Of a stretch of 64,000 nt of DNA, positions 51,323-63,710 are shown piece by piece. The translations under genes and the position numbers were made by a program. The stretch is from assembly GCA_030704615.1 (NCBI GenBank), contig CM060732.1, positions 8,618,001-8,682,000 on the forward strand. The letters are read 5' to 3'. This DNA is from Takakia lepidozioides (Eukaryota > Plantae > Bryophyta). The notes beneath the pieces are model-generated. The model was not told where the DNA came from. It saw nothing but the letters and a program-made list of their open reading frames with translations, and searched no databases. How positions within the stretch are numbered: the first letter of the stretch is position 1; the number at the start of each line of letters is the position of its first letter.

Positions 51323-51467
51323 TCTCTCTCTTGCCTTCTTCCTCTCTCTCGCTGAAGTAAAAAAGAATGATTGTCTTCTACGCCTTCCACTCTCTCGCTG
51401 CGAACTCAGTCTCCTGCTACTCTCCAGCTTGAAAATTACGATGTGGTGTGGTGCGAGACGTAGTGCG

Positions 51468-52190
51468 ATGAGTACCAGCCGGGGTATCGCTCTTGGCGGT
51501 TATGCATGTATTCACGGCATACGTGTCCACCTCCCAACGGCACACACGTCTATTATGCAGATGCCGCCGTCTTCAATTATTGAGGTATGGCCATTTGATA
51601 GATTCGATTTGGATGGATGTGTTATTGGACTGGATTTTTTGGATACCAGGTCAACATCTTTCATTGGTTCTTCGCCGAATTCTCTACAACCCTGCATTGA
51701 ATGCATTGTCCGGTTCCACGTGCCTCAACAAATTGGGATGGCATGGGATCTCAGTCTCCGCCGTCTTTTCATATGGGTCAGTAAAGGCACAGAACTGCTT
51801 ACCAACTGTTTGCAAAACTGTTTTGACAACTGTTTCTGAAAGGCTCTTTAACGATCCTTCCATAACGGTTTAGGACATACATGACGTCTTCGCCCGAAAT
51901 GCAAGGCTGGAGAAATGTAATCCCAACTGTCGTTTGTAACAAGAATCCGCACAGAAGCCGTGGGCCTCCGCACTTTGAGGCTTCGCAAGGCTCGGAATTG
52001 TTCCTGCACCAGCATGGGTTCCTCCGAAGCGGAGTTTTACTCTGTCGAGAAACCTGTCCCTTTCTTGAAGGATGCCGATGACCATGGTTTCGCAATTGCA
52101 GAAGAGCATAAAACATCCCTTTGGCAGGTGACGATAATCTGGGTGATGCTATTGAATACGTGATCAAAATTGCTTTCTAGCAATATCATG
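51468..52190 (+). pseudogene. Possible degraded ORF divergent from the ParB-MTase gene
   Basis: ATG at 51468 opens about 124 codons (MSTSRGIALGGYACIHGIRV..); further protein-like pieces run to a GT donor near 52128; no recognisable motif. Confidence 0.3.
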
Positions 52191-52195
52191 TAATT

Positions 52196-52726
52196 CATCA
52201 CCCAAGTCATTGCATGCGACAATCGTTTGTTCGAAAGACGTCAAGAGAAGCAATCTGGATGGTCGACGACGCAGCATGCCGCTGCTACTACGGCACCAAA
52301 TACAACGATTCATCAGATATCCGGTAATGATCATATGCAGATTGATGTTGTCCGATTCAAGCCATTAACGCCACAAGAAAAACAAAGACGACGCTCGAAT
52401 GGATTATGCCTTTATTGCGGAGAAGATGATTACATAGCATTAAACTGCCATAACAAGTGAAGATTCAAAGCTCGGGGCACAACTCAAGTGTTCGATACGA
52501 GGAGGTCGGAAAACGAAGATGTCCAGTCATAGTAGGGACAATTCCTCACAAAAAAAATGTCTCTTTCTACCTCCAGACCCTATACCTTGTTTCACAGTTC
52601 CAGTAAAGATCAGGATGCAAAATCGAGATATCTCCGTAGAAGCACTTTTGGACTCAGGCGCTTCAGCGTGTTTTATTGACAAAGACTTTGCAAAGCAACA
52701 CAATTTAACGCTCGTAAGAAAGAAAT
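52196..52726 (+). pseudogene. Gypsy gag C-terminus and protease fragment
   Basis: MQIDVVRFKPLTPQEKQRRRSNGLCLYCGE..C and VEALLDSGASACFIDKDF. Confidence 0.85.
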
Positions 52727-54307
52727 TGTCGCGCACCTCACTTCGGTAAGCTCCCCTTCAAGTCATAGTTACTCGCTTTGATGTGCGCGCCTAACTCCCA
52801 AACTGGCCGCCGGGCCAACTCGGAGCTTCGGCTGCTCACCTAGACATAACGGTCCCCCTTTGATCCACCAAAAGACCCTCCACCAATTTGGGCCTAGTGG
52901 AAATTCCCTTTGGTAGATGGCAGTCCGGAATAGCTCCTCACTCCTTGGTCACTTTCCGGCTCGCTCGCTCACTCACTAATTTTTGGTTACCAACGGGCTT
53001 GCACTGTTCTTGGGGTTACTACTCCCTATATATACTTCTGTGACTGTCCGCGGGGGTTTCACAAACAACCCTGCCATTTTATGGCGAACCACCACGAAGA
53101 CCCTCGACTCTCGGTGATGAGTCGCGGTGAGTCTTGGCCCACCCACCACGGCCCCATTGGACCGTGATGAGTCCCAAGACTCCCCACGACTCCCACCACA
53201 AGGTCTCCGCCCCATGGTGAGTCCTATGCCACCCCCACTAAGTCCCACTAAGCTACCACCACCCCTTGTGGAGCCAACCCCACCGCAATCCGGTGTGCGG
53301 AGCACCTCTGCCTCCTTGAGTGCCTTGGGCACTCAAGGGTGCTTCAGCCCCCCGTACCTATTGCTGCCATCGCCCCCACCACAGGGGCAGCCCCTCTGCG
53401 TCCCGACCCCCTGCCCTCAAGGCAAAGGGCCGCGACACACACCCCTACCAACAGGGAGTTGATGTCCTCATCGACTTGTCCATTTTATAGAAACGAACAT
53501 CCAAGTTGTGGCGTCCCACATCAAGGAGTTTGTTTCCGCACCATGGCATCCCATGGCAAAGAACCAAACCCCACTCTTGACTCTACTCTCCACTAGCTAG
53601 TTTGGCCGACTTCCTCCAAGTCCCGGCCAAGGGTGGAGCCTCTCAAGCTCCTCCCGGTGCACTCTTCTTGGCCCACTTCAAGGCAAAGGAATGATCCTCC
53701 CCGAGGATCGAATCGGCTTACTGCAACAACATTGCTTGCGACCGCTCATGATGCCACTTTTGGCATCACCTTGAGCAAGGGTTCACCTTGAACCTTTTTT
53801 TACTAGGAAGATAATCTTGAACCAACCGTGCGTCCCAATCACTACAATTGGGTCCGCCTTGGAATGCTGGCCTGAGGTACGGGAACACGCAAAGCCGCAC
53901 TACAACTTCGTCCCGAGGCTACACTATTATAGTACGTGAACGGAAGCACGTAGCTTCCGCGTTAGCCCACACTACAAGGCAACCCCCTCGGTAGCGCAGT
54001 TATAGTACACGCACGCGCCAGGTACGCACTAGCACGTGAACTCCCAAGGAAGGCGCAAGTTTCCTTGCCCTTTGGATGGGAGTCCTCCGATTTCGGCACT
54101 GCGCAAATACACGATTAACCCAATTTACCTCTCCCACTTTTGTAAGCTAGCATGCATTCTACACACTAGCCAACCATACCATGCATCACCATTCCAAACA
54201 AAATAGGACGCACAACATTTGGAAACCATTTCATTTATAACAAAATTTGTACAATACAAGTTTTTGCAATCGGATTCCTGAGCTAGCTAAGCCGGGCTAA
54301 GCATGCA
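52727..54307 (-). repeat. Putative 3' LTR of the chromodomain Gypsy
   Basis: Begins TG after a GGGGGAGGAAA PPT (54308-54318, minus strand); the other boundary TGTCGCGC at 52727 cuts the protease frame; no partner LTR. Confidence 0.5.
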
Positions 54308-54341
54308 TTTCCTCCCCCACGCTCCAAGGTTGATGTCCTCA

Positions 54342-56337
54342 TCAACGCTTCTTCCGCTTTTGAGGTCGCCCTTCGAAAGCTGCAACCGCCTCGGATGCAT
54401 TTCCCATTTCTGAGGCACGCACCAAAGATGCCTCCACATGATGATAGCCCTTCCATTTCACGAGATACTTCGTTTCTTGATTCTTGAACCTCTTCGACTT
54501 AAGCACTGCCTCCACTTCGTACTCAGGTTCATTTTCATGATCCAACAACATAGGTGGCGGACGCAATACTTGATGCCGATTCGGACGCGCTTCATCTTTG
54601 AAGTAAGGCTTCAAAAAGGAGACGTGGAATACCGGATGCACCTTGCTGTTTGCCGGTAGCTCCAATTCATACACATCCTCATTCATAACCTTCCGGATGC
54701 GAAAGGGCCCCGCATACGGAGGTACGAACTTCGAACTCACTTCCGGAGGTAGTCGGAAATTCTTGATGTTCAACCAGACCTCCGTGTCTGCCTCAAACTT
54801 AACTTCCCTCCACTTCCGATTCGCCTGTCGTTCATACCGTTTCCTAGCTTTGGCAGTGTTGTACTTTGCGAGCTTCAACAAACGCTCGCGTTCTTTTAGC
54901 ACCGCTGCTGCTGCCGGTTCCTCAACGTCTTGGGCAGCCCAACTGGTCGGCACCAGAGGTGTTTTTCCATAGACCAATACGAAAGAGAAAACTCCCGTTG
55001 CGGAGTGTTTTGTGTTATTATAACAGAACTCTGCCGCATCCAAGTGCTCCACCCAGTCCGATTGGTCTGTTGACACGTAATTCCGCATGATCTGCTTCAA
55101 CCACGGAATTCACCCTTTCCGTTTGCCCGTCCGTCGTAGGTCGGAAGGCAGTGCTCATCTTGAGCCTTGTCCCCATTTTCTTCCAAAGTGCCCTCCAAAA
55201 TTTACTTGTAAACTTTGGATCGCGGTCCGAGACAATATCCTTCGGGAGTCCATGATGCTTGAAGACGTGGACGAAGTAAAGTCGCCCCATCTCCTGCGCC
55301 ATTGCCGTCTCCTTGGTAGGGATGAAATGGCCCATTTTACTGAACCTATCCACCACCACCATGATTGCCTCGAATCTTTTTGACAGCGGCATAGCAGTCA
55401 TGAAATCCATCGAGACACTTTCCCAAGACCCATCTGGGTGCATGTCTTGACATACTCCTCGGCCTCCTCCCTCAGTTTGGGCCAGAAATATAAGAGTGCC
55501 GCGGTGCGCTTGGCTCCGCCGTGGCCCCTAAGCGGGCCATCGTGGCATTCTCTCAAGAGACTATCTCTAATCCCTCCCTTCAGCACGTAGAGACGATTTT
55601 GCTTGTACCGGAGTAGTCCATTTTGCAAGTGGAACTGCGATTTAACCCCCATCCTCAAGTCCCGCATCACGGACTTCGCCATCTCATCCTTCCGGTAAGC
55701 CTTCCGGATCTTTCTTAGGAGCGTCGTCTCGCCCTTATACACCAACATGAGCTGTTGTTTTCTACTTAAAGCATCGGCCACCACATTGTCCCGTCCCGGT
55801 TTGTGCTGGATATCCACGTCGAACACCGCCAAAGTATCTTGCCACCTAAGTTGTTTTGGGGACAACTTAGGCTACGTGGCAAAATACTTCACCGTGACAT
55901 TGTCCGTGAACACCTTCACTGGGTTGGAACCAATATAGTGGCGCCAAAGCTCAAGGCAATGCACCACCGCCTTAATTTCTTTCTCGTGCGTAGGCCATCT
56001 TCGCTCCACTTCATTCAATTTCTGACTTTCGTAAGCCACTGGACGTCCATCTTGCATGAGCACTCCCCCTATTGCGAAGTCCGACGCATCCGTATGAATC
56101 TCAAATAGATGGTCGAACTCCGGGATTTTGAGGACTAGAGCTTCCGCCATCCGCTGCTTCAACTCGGCAAAAGCTTGGCCATAAAAGGTGTTCCATACCC
56201 AGACTTTGGATTTACACAGAAGGTCTGATAGTGGCCCCGCGATCTTGGCGAAATTCCTCACATACTTCCGGTAATAGGAGGCGAGTCCTAGGAAGGATCG
56301 CACTCCCAGGACCGAAATCAGAGGCTCCCAGTCCAAG
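54342..56337 (-). pseudogene. Chromovirus pol: RT tail, RNase H, integrase, chromodomain
   Basis: RSFLGLASYYRK, HTDASDFAIGGVLMQ, SMDF..VVVDRFSK..SDRDPKFTSKFW..TDGQTERVN, AGPFRI, HPVFHVSFLK, EYEVEAVL..KYLVKWKGY. Confidence 0.92.
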
Positions 56338-57730
56338 CACTAAAAGAAAAACGTGGAATAACCACTGGCCCTTTAACCACTACTGTCTTTTTCCACTCTA
56401 TAAACCACTAGTAACCACTTGCCAGTGGTTAATCGCCACGGTGGCATCATAGACAGTGGTTGGAAGTGGTTTCAACCACTCAGTAGTCCACGTGTAATAA
56501 ATTGTTTTTATTTATTATTATTTATTTGGTAATAAATTTTAATTAATTAATAAAATATTCCACGTCCACGAGTGCAGTGGTACATTGTGAGTGGTTATAG
56601 ACACCTCGGTGATGGGAAGTGGTTGAAACCACTTGCTACTCCACGTGTAATAATTCAAATTTTATTTGTGATTTATGATTTGGAAATATGTATTAATTCA
56701 TAAATATAATATTCCACGTGGACGGGGACAGTGGCACGTTGATCTGGAGTGGTTAAAGACACCTCATTGATTTGTACCACTTTGATAGTGGTGGAGAGTG
56801 GGTGGTGAAAGATACTGCAGTAATTGGAACCACTATTCTAATGGTTGCTCATGAGCAGTTGCCTACAGACAAGTGATTGGTACCACTTTTTGGGTGATAC
56901 ATGAAAAAATTTAAGTGGTTTGTGCAGCTGTGTCAAACTTTGAAAAACAAACAAGTGGCCAGACCATTGTGGCATGATGCTATTGAACAAATGGTTCCAA
57001 CAATAAACTTTATTCTGAATCTGAAACATATTCGTCACCCTCTGAATCACTTTGCTCAACTGGAATAGCGGTTGGTTGCACAAACGCCGCTTGAATGGTA
57101 GCCAACATAGCCAGGTCTTCTTTATTTAGAGTCGTGGCACCATCTAATGACCTAGGTATTGGCTGATCTGATAAGGTGGACGGTGCCTGAAGGCCATCAA
57201 AATCTGCATTTTCTCCAATGTCACATTGATCTATGTCCGCCACAATCCTTTTTGCTCTTGGATCCTTCCGAAGGACTACCTTCCACTCCGAACTTGGGGA
57301 CTCATCCGAAAAGAACACTTGTTCAACTTGAGATGGAAAGATGAACGGCTGATCATTGGTTGGTAACATCCTCCCAAAATTTACAAGTAGAAAACCATAC
57401 TCGTGAATCCCGCTTCATTGCAGCATTTTGTCCAACGAGGTTGGCCCTCACCCAGGCACAACGAAATACAATGGGGTGCACTCGTCCATAATCCAATTTG
57501 AAGATCTCTTTGATGACCCCAACGTACTCTAATGGTGACATGACCAGATTTCTATCACGCACATTATTTATGCTCTGTTGCTGGAAGACGGATGCAACTC
57601 TGGAATCAAAAGAGACAAGAAGACGACTCTCCGTGTCATCCACTCGATAATGATTTCCATACGCCTTCATGCCACGAAATGAAGCTGATCTCAATGAGGG
57701 GTATTTTTTGCAAAGTAATGCAACCATTCA
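56338..57730 (-). mobile_element. CACTA (En/Spm) element 3' end with transposase C-terminal fragment (57010-57727)
   Basis: Terminus CACTAAAAGAAAA at 56338 exactly truncates the Gypsy pol; AACCACT/AGTGGTT subterminal repeats to about 56920; AYGNHYRV..EYVGVIKEIFKLDYG..FRCAWV..QPFIFPSQVEQVFF..WKVVL (DUF4216-like). Confidence 0.88.
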
Positions 57731-57740
57731 TTGCTAACAT

Positions 57741-58005
57741 GTGTCATTCTTGTTGCCATTTTGTGACAGAAAGTATGCAACAGAGAAGGCACAGTTCATT
57801 GCAGACAGAGAGGCATGTGCTCGTGAGTGGCGTGCCAATCGTCGACGTCACCGCCGCCTTCCGGTGCCATACCCTCCCCATTTGTTGGAGTTTCCACCCC
57901 TACCGGTATGGATACGCCGTGCAGTCCAGGCCCATGTCTCTGAGCATGGTGTTGAGGATACGGATGTAATTCATTTGTCTCGAGTACCAGTTTGGCATTG
58001 TTTGG
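57741..58005 (+). pseudogene. Probable exon of a second CACTA-type transposase in opposite orientation
   Basis: AG acceptor near 57769, then KYATEK..FPPLPVWIRRAV..DVIHLSRVP, resembling the segment that precedes AYGNH in such transposases. Confidence 0.45.
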
Positions 58006-58038
58006 CTTGAAAGAGAGGTTTACGGTGTCGACGGGAGG

Positions 58039-58945
58039 TTGATGAAGTACGCATTCCAGAAACCGGATGAAACTGCAATTACGAGTCAGTGGAGAGTACC
58101 TCCTGGAAGATACAGGGTTCTCGGAGCTCCTCGGCGGCAGTCCACTGGTTCGTTTGTCACGCCGGGAACTGCTGGTTTTGTTGTTCAAGACAAAATGAAT
58201 GTGGTCGTGAAGACGGAGACCAGAACTTCCACCCCAATAGTTGAGCTCTCCGACTCCTCGGAGGAGGATGTTCCCAAAACTCCATGTGTGGTGCATTCTC
58301 CGATTGTCGTGGAGCCGGAAGTGAAGGAGCTGACTAGTGTCATTCCTAAACTGAAGTCAATGGGAGGAATGCCGGGTTTCAAGAGTGAATTGCGGGGGAT
58401 TGACTGGGACAATGTCCCTATTGAGCGTGTGGAGTTCCTGCCGGAGACTTTTGATGGGGATGTCGTTTTCGAGCTGCCTCCACCTGGGCGGGGTGGACCT
58501 GTTTCGAGCCTCATGCAGGGAATGGACAAGAGACACGATGGACACCCATGGTGCAGAACAAAAACATCCAATATTCAAAATGATGACAAGCTCGTGTTCC
58601 GGAGAGCGGTGTGCAATGGGCACCTCAGGTGCAAGAATTTGAATTGTAGACATTTCATGCGGTCTGAGGTTTAGAACCAAAGCGAGTGGGAGGGATGCGC
58701 CAAGAATCCAAGCCTGGTGAAGCACCTCCTACCTCCAACACTTTCGTTTGCAAGTTCTGCAAACGAGCGCCTTCCTGTCTGGGAGTGTGTGGAGCAAGAA
58801 TGTACTATGTGGTGCACCGTTTCAAAACCATGACTAGAGCCGGTGTGCATTTTAGCTTCCGCAACCATCTAGTGTCCAAGGGGGATTACAGGGGAAGTGT
58901 TGAAACAATGTCTAGGTTGATAAGATAGGAGTATGAGAGCAATCC
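58039..58945 (+). pseudogene. GCM/WRKY-type zinc domain fragment, probably the N-terminus of a MULE-like transposase
   Basis: DGHPWCRTKTSNI..FRRAVCNGHLRCKNLNC..CKFC..C..CGARMYYV..RAGVH..H. Confidence 0.55.
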
Positions 58946-58949
58946 AATA

Positions 58950-59219
58950 GCCAGTAGCAGGGAGTGCTCAGGGGCCACCATTGGGTGGAAGATCCACCAC
59001 AACTACAACAGGTCCTCAAGGACCAGCACCAGCAAGGGTGCCAGCATCTGTCAGTGGGCAGAGGGTAGGGCCACAGATGGCGTTACAACCAACACGGGCA
59101 AAACCACCTTTTCCAATATATTCAGGAAAAGGGGATCCCGATGTACACATTAGCAAATTTGAGCACATTTGTATAGTGAACAATGAGAATGGCGATGATG
59201 CCAAGATGAGACTGTTTCC
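58950..59219 (+). pseudogene. Isolated 270-bp gag fragment of family A
   Basis: Near-identical to about 26290-26545 (GPQGPAPA..YSGKGDPDVHI..AKMRLFP). Confidence 0.9.
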
Positions 59220-61873
59220 GTGGCGATGAGCCACTGCAAAAAGAGCACAGTCGGGGGCGGGGCGGTGAAAGCCTCCATCGACATGATCCTTGTGGATATC
59301 CCGGATGGGCAGGAGATACTGGGGCTGGGCTCACTACCGTGGTGGAACAAGTACGACGAAAGATACTGGAGCCACACATTCGGGTTCGCAGCCAACGTGT
59401 TGGACGACGATGGCTATGTTGTTGTGCTAGCAGCCGATGGAGAAGTCACTGAGAATGATATCAAAGTATGGACGGGGAGAAGTGCAGCACCCATCCTGAA
59501 GAAGATCTGGACTTGCATCAACACGCAGGGTCTTGTCAACAATGGTCAGAAGGTATGCTACGGTTTTCCTGTGTTCTGCCAATTTCTGCGCCAAAATTGC
59601 TCATGTACGTGTAGGCCACCTCTCACGTTCTCCTTTCCTTCTTTGTAGACTCTTATCTTTCAGGCATTCTACTTTATGAAGGAACATTTGAAATTCAAAT
59701 TACGTCAAGCAAGTAGACTTGTTGATTCCACAGTTGATCCACTGGAGTATAATGTCATGTTCAACCCATGAGTCCTGCATTCATCCAGACGTTGTTAGAG
59801 GGCTGTCTGGGACTTTAGACCCTTTTATGGGCTCTGTGGGGTACCCTTAATTTTTGCGCAGACTTACGGATGGTAGACTTAGACCAACAAAGGCCTTAGG
59901 GGTGACAGGTACAAGCTTTAGGGGTAGTAGACAGGCTTACACACTCAGTCACAGTCTTACACAGTCGTACACAGCCTATCATAGTTTATCACAACCATAC
60001 ACAACCTTACACAGCCCGACACAGCCTTACACGGTCTGTCACAGTCAATCACAGCCTATCACAGTTAGTCACAGTCTATCACAGCTCGACACAGCTTCGC
60101 ACAGCTAGTCACAACCGACACAGTCCGACACAGCCAGTCACAGCTCGACACAGTCACAGCCCGACACAGTTTGGCACAGCCCGTCACAGCGTACATAGGA
60201 AACGGTTATCATTGGCAGGGACCAACTGTATGGAAACGACATCTGCAGAGGGAACGTGTTTACTTCTTGAGATGACAGTTAGTTAGTTAGACAGTTAGAA
60301 CAGCTTGTGGGTAGATTAGGCAGAGTAGCAACTTGGAGAGGGAACTTCACAGGGGGCGCTTCTTGGTCATTCATGAGAGGAGATCAGGCGGAGAGCAGGA
60401 ACGGGAGCAAGGATAGAGAGCACGGTGAAGGAGGAGAGATGATCAGTAGATGCTCGTTTCATGCAAAGCTGTAGTGATACTGTAGAGCAGATTAGAGACA
60501 CCATGGCTTCGGCCTAATACCTGATAAATCTTAATCTGGTACTTATTCGATACAAACACACTGTGTAAAGAGACTTGAGTGAAGCTGTGAAATGAATGGA
60601 TGAGTCAATGGAACCTGATAGATACTGAAGCAATCTGATGCTTCAGTATACAGAGTAAGGTAATTTGCTAACATGAAGGCAAAAAGAAATACAAATAGGA
60701 AGCACAACCATGATTCACTAGCTGTAGGTCATGACTGATTGTTCTGAGCGAGCTGAGTGCTTAGAGATATCCAATTCTTCTATCTCGGAGTTCCCACCTC
60801 GGATAGCGAAGGGATGGGTGAGTAAAAGCCGCTTGACAGACGCTCATGGAAATGTGTACGGATATTGAAGGCAGGGTCCTCGACGTCACGGCTACTATAG
60901 GTGAGAGCGTTCAGTGATTACGGCACCGAAATTGACACCGTTTCTAATTGTCTTTGTTTGCTTGCGCGAGGAAGCGAGTCATTCTTGACTTTGGCTTTGG
61001 TTGTGTCTTATGAATTCGCAGGTGCCTGTATGTGGGCGGGAAGGATGTCCAACCGATTTGTGTTCTCATTTGAGGGGGATACGGCCTTGTACGATTTCAA
61101 TTTGGCGGGCCTACAGCGTCTGCCTCCTACTGAGGATCCCAACAACGCAGAAGAGGACGTGGAAGGGGAGGAGGAAGAGGACGAGGAGGAGGAAGTCCAG
61201 GAAATTCGTCCGATGCAGGGGCGCCCGAAGCCGCTTCCTGCAATGCCTGTCTTCGAGTGAGTTGCACCATAGTAAGTGTATTGGTTTCGGTTGTAGGGAC
61301 CATGCAACCTGCCGATGATTCCCTGTTTCAATGTTCTAATGTGCTTCATTCTGTGTTTGTGCGTACACTCAGCCTTGCAGAGTCGTCCGACGAGGAAATG
61401 CTGGGAGACTTGCCCGAATCGGACCCTATTGCAGAGGAGGAGATAGAATCGCATCGGCCATTCTTTGCCAGAAAAGCGTTTCTTGCGAGTCCCCAGAAGC
61501 CCTTTTTCTACCACCCTATGTAGACACGGCTGCCAGAGAAGCCATCAGGAGGGAGGATAGGCCTACTCGGTTCGAGCAATTGATATTCGGGAAGGAGCAG
61601 AGAATTATAATGAGGCGTGAGGCCAAACATGGAATTGTGAAAGACAGAGTAGGCAAGTTCGTCATAGAATCCGCGTCTAAGAGCGAGGGGGATGATGAGG
61701 ATTGTTCCGCATCCAGGTGGACAGTTCCAGCTGGTGAGGATGGTATTTTTGAGGGGAGGGCTTCTCAGAGTAACAGCAGTAGCAACAGTGCAGTTTCAGA
61801 GGCAGGTGGAAGGCAGCTATCCTTGCATGAGGCCGGGGATGCATTGGACAGTGATCGCGGATCCTCGCCATAG
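59220..61873 (+). pseudogene. Second, diverged beta-class N6A/N4C methyltransferase-like gene (5' truncated, split by solo LTR)
   Basis: IDMILVDIPDGQ..WNKYDERYW..VLDDDGYVVV; GT-AG introns 59553-59648 and 60901-61021 at the same positions as in copy 1; rejoined SPAFIQTLMEMCTDIEGRVLDVTATIG|ACMWAGRMSNRFVFSFEGD; acidic tail; 3' end approximate. Confidence 0.78.
59793..60838 (+). mobile_element. Solo LTR of family A (diverged subfamily)
   Basis: TGTTAGAGGG..CGCTTGACA with target duplication GACGT/GACGC (4 of 5); removal rejoins the MTase exon. Confidence 0.92.
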
Positions 61874-62119
61874 CAAAGTCTCATTTGGATCCTTCTGTTG
61901 TATAGTTCTGAAACACTTAATGAAAATATTGACGATTTTTGAAATCATTGTGTTCAGACTGTGCATGTCCGATTCCCAACATTTCTTCCGCAAACCACAA
62001 TGTAATAATAAAAGCAGAAGAGACGCAAAGTAAAGTAAAGAACCCTACAAGTAATTTATGCACACCAGCGAACCGCGAACTAAAAGCCATGAAAACACTG
62101 TCGTTTCTAACATTCCTAT

Positions 62120-62450
62120 TGGGAATTTCGGCGCCGAAATAGCCCAGTGTGCGCCTTCATAATATGGGCCTTATAAAATTCCACGTAGGAATTATTGCAC
62201 CAAAATATCACAATGGAAGCCTTCAGCACAAGGCACTTCAACACATTCCACTTGGGTATTTCGGCGCCAAAATAGCCTGCTCTGCGCCATAAAATACGCC
62301 AGTATATCATATTTCAAAAGAGAATTTCGGCGCCGAAATACCCCAATGGAAGTCTTCAAAACACCACTTTACCACACTACTCTTGGGAATTTCGGCACCG
62401 AAATACCCCGGTGGAAGTCTTCAAAACACCACTTTACCACACTACTTTTT
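62120..62450. repeat. Cluster of ATTTCGGCGCCGAAAT palindromes, including a roughly 66-bp tandem duplication
   Basis: Copies at about 62124, 62258, 62323 and 62388. Confidence 0.85.
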
Positions 62451-63277
62451 GGGGGCATTTATAGGGCTGTATTGCCCTGTAGTTGACTATTTTCATTCTC
62501 CTTGTGGTTGATAGTATGCAGGAGGGATCCATTATGTTTTCATGTTGGAATTTCACCATGTAATGAAGATTTTAAATCATTTAATTCACTTTCATTTTAA
62601 ATAATAATATTAAAAATAATAATATTAAAAATAATAATATTAAAAATAATACCATTAAAAAAAAATTCCAATGCTGCAATCTCCCTGTTTTTTTAAATAT
62701 TAAATAAAAACTAAAAAATAAAATATGAACATTAAAAATATAAACTATTTCGGAAAACAATCTTGATGACACGTGGCATCACTCTTGCTCAAACCAGAAC
62801 ACGTGGCAGTATGTGACACGACATTCTTTATCCATATTTTCACCACGTGTAAAGATCCGTAGTCATATATGCTAGTCATATATTTTGTCTGTGTGCCACA
62901 TGTCACATCTCAAGTGCAACAGGTGTCCCGCTAACAACTCTCCATGTAGACATCTTTGTAGTCATATGAGCGAGTCATGTAGTCACCACGTGTGAAATCT
63001 GCCATAGCACACGTGTCCCGCTAGCGCCTCTCCATGTAGGGAGGTTTGCTATTTCATGAGCATGAGCGGCATGAGCGGAGTAGTAAGACAATCGGTTTTC
63101 ATGAGCAGAAGTACAAATTTCGAAAATAAAAAACAATAAAAAACAATAATTTAATACAATGTGTCAGGAAAAATCAATATATTATTCGGCCCCTTGAAGG
63201 GAAAATTGCAGTTCTGACAGTTGTGCTCATGATATTTCGTCTTCCGCTCATGCCAATTCCCAGCGACATGTGCAAAT

Positions 63278-63710
63278 ATGGCGCCGAATTTCGTGGTAAT
63301 AGGGTCCGTAACCTCAAAAAACGGCGACGTATTTCGCGATAATAGGTCTCTCTGGCGAAAAATGGTGCCGAATTCCGCGGCTATAGGTCCCCTCATGACA
63401 GGTAATTCGGCGTCATTTTTCCAGTGCATGTTCGGACTTAGCCAGTTTTCGGCCCAAAATAGAGAAATTCGGCGCCATTTTTCCAGACACTGTACCAGTG
63501 CATGTTGGGACTTAGCCAGTTTTCGGCCCAAAAAAGAGAAATTTGGCGCCATTTTTCCAGACACGGTACCAGTGCATGTTAGGACTTAGCCAGTTTTCGG
63601 CCCAAAAAAGAGAAATTCGGCGCCATTTTCCCAGACACAGGTACCAGTGCATGTTGGGACTTAGCCAGTTTTTGGCCCCAAAAAGAGAAATTCGGCGCCA
63701 TTTTTCCAGA
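63278..63710. repeat. 74-bp tandem repeat (about 4 copies, 63405-63710) and flanking motifs with AATTCGGCGCCATTTTT
   Basis: CCAGTGCATG recurs at 63421, 63495, 63569 and 63644; inverted motif copies at about 63279 and 63363. Confidence 0.9.

Noticed and set aside
51051-51467. N-terminal half of the 262-aa plus-strand ORF
   Set aside because: Mostly antisense to exon 1 of the ParB-MTase gene and its leader; Ser/Phe-rich shadow of an acidic/basic exon.
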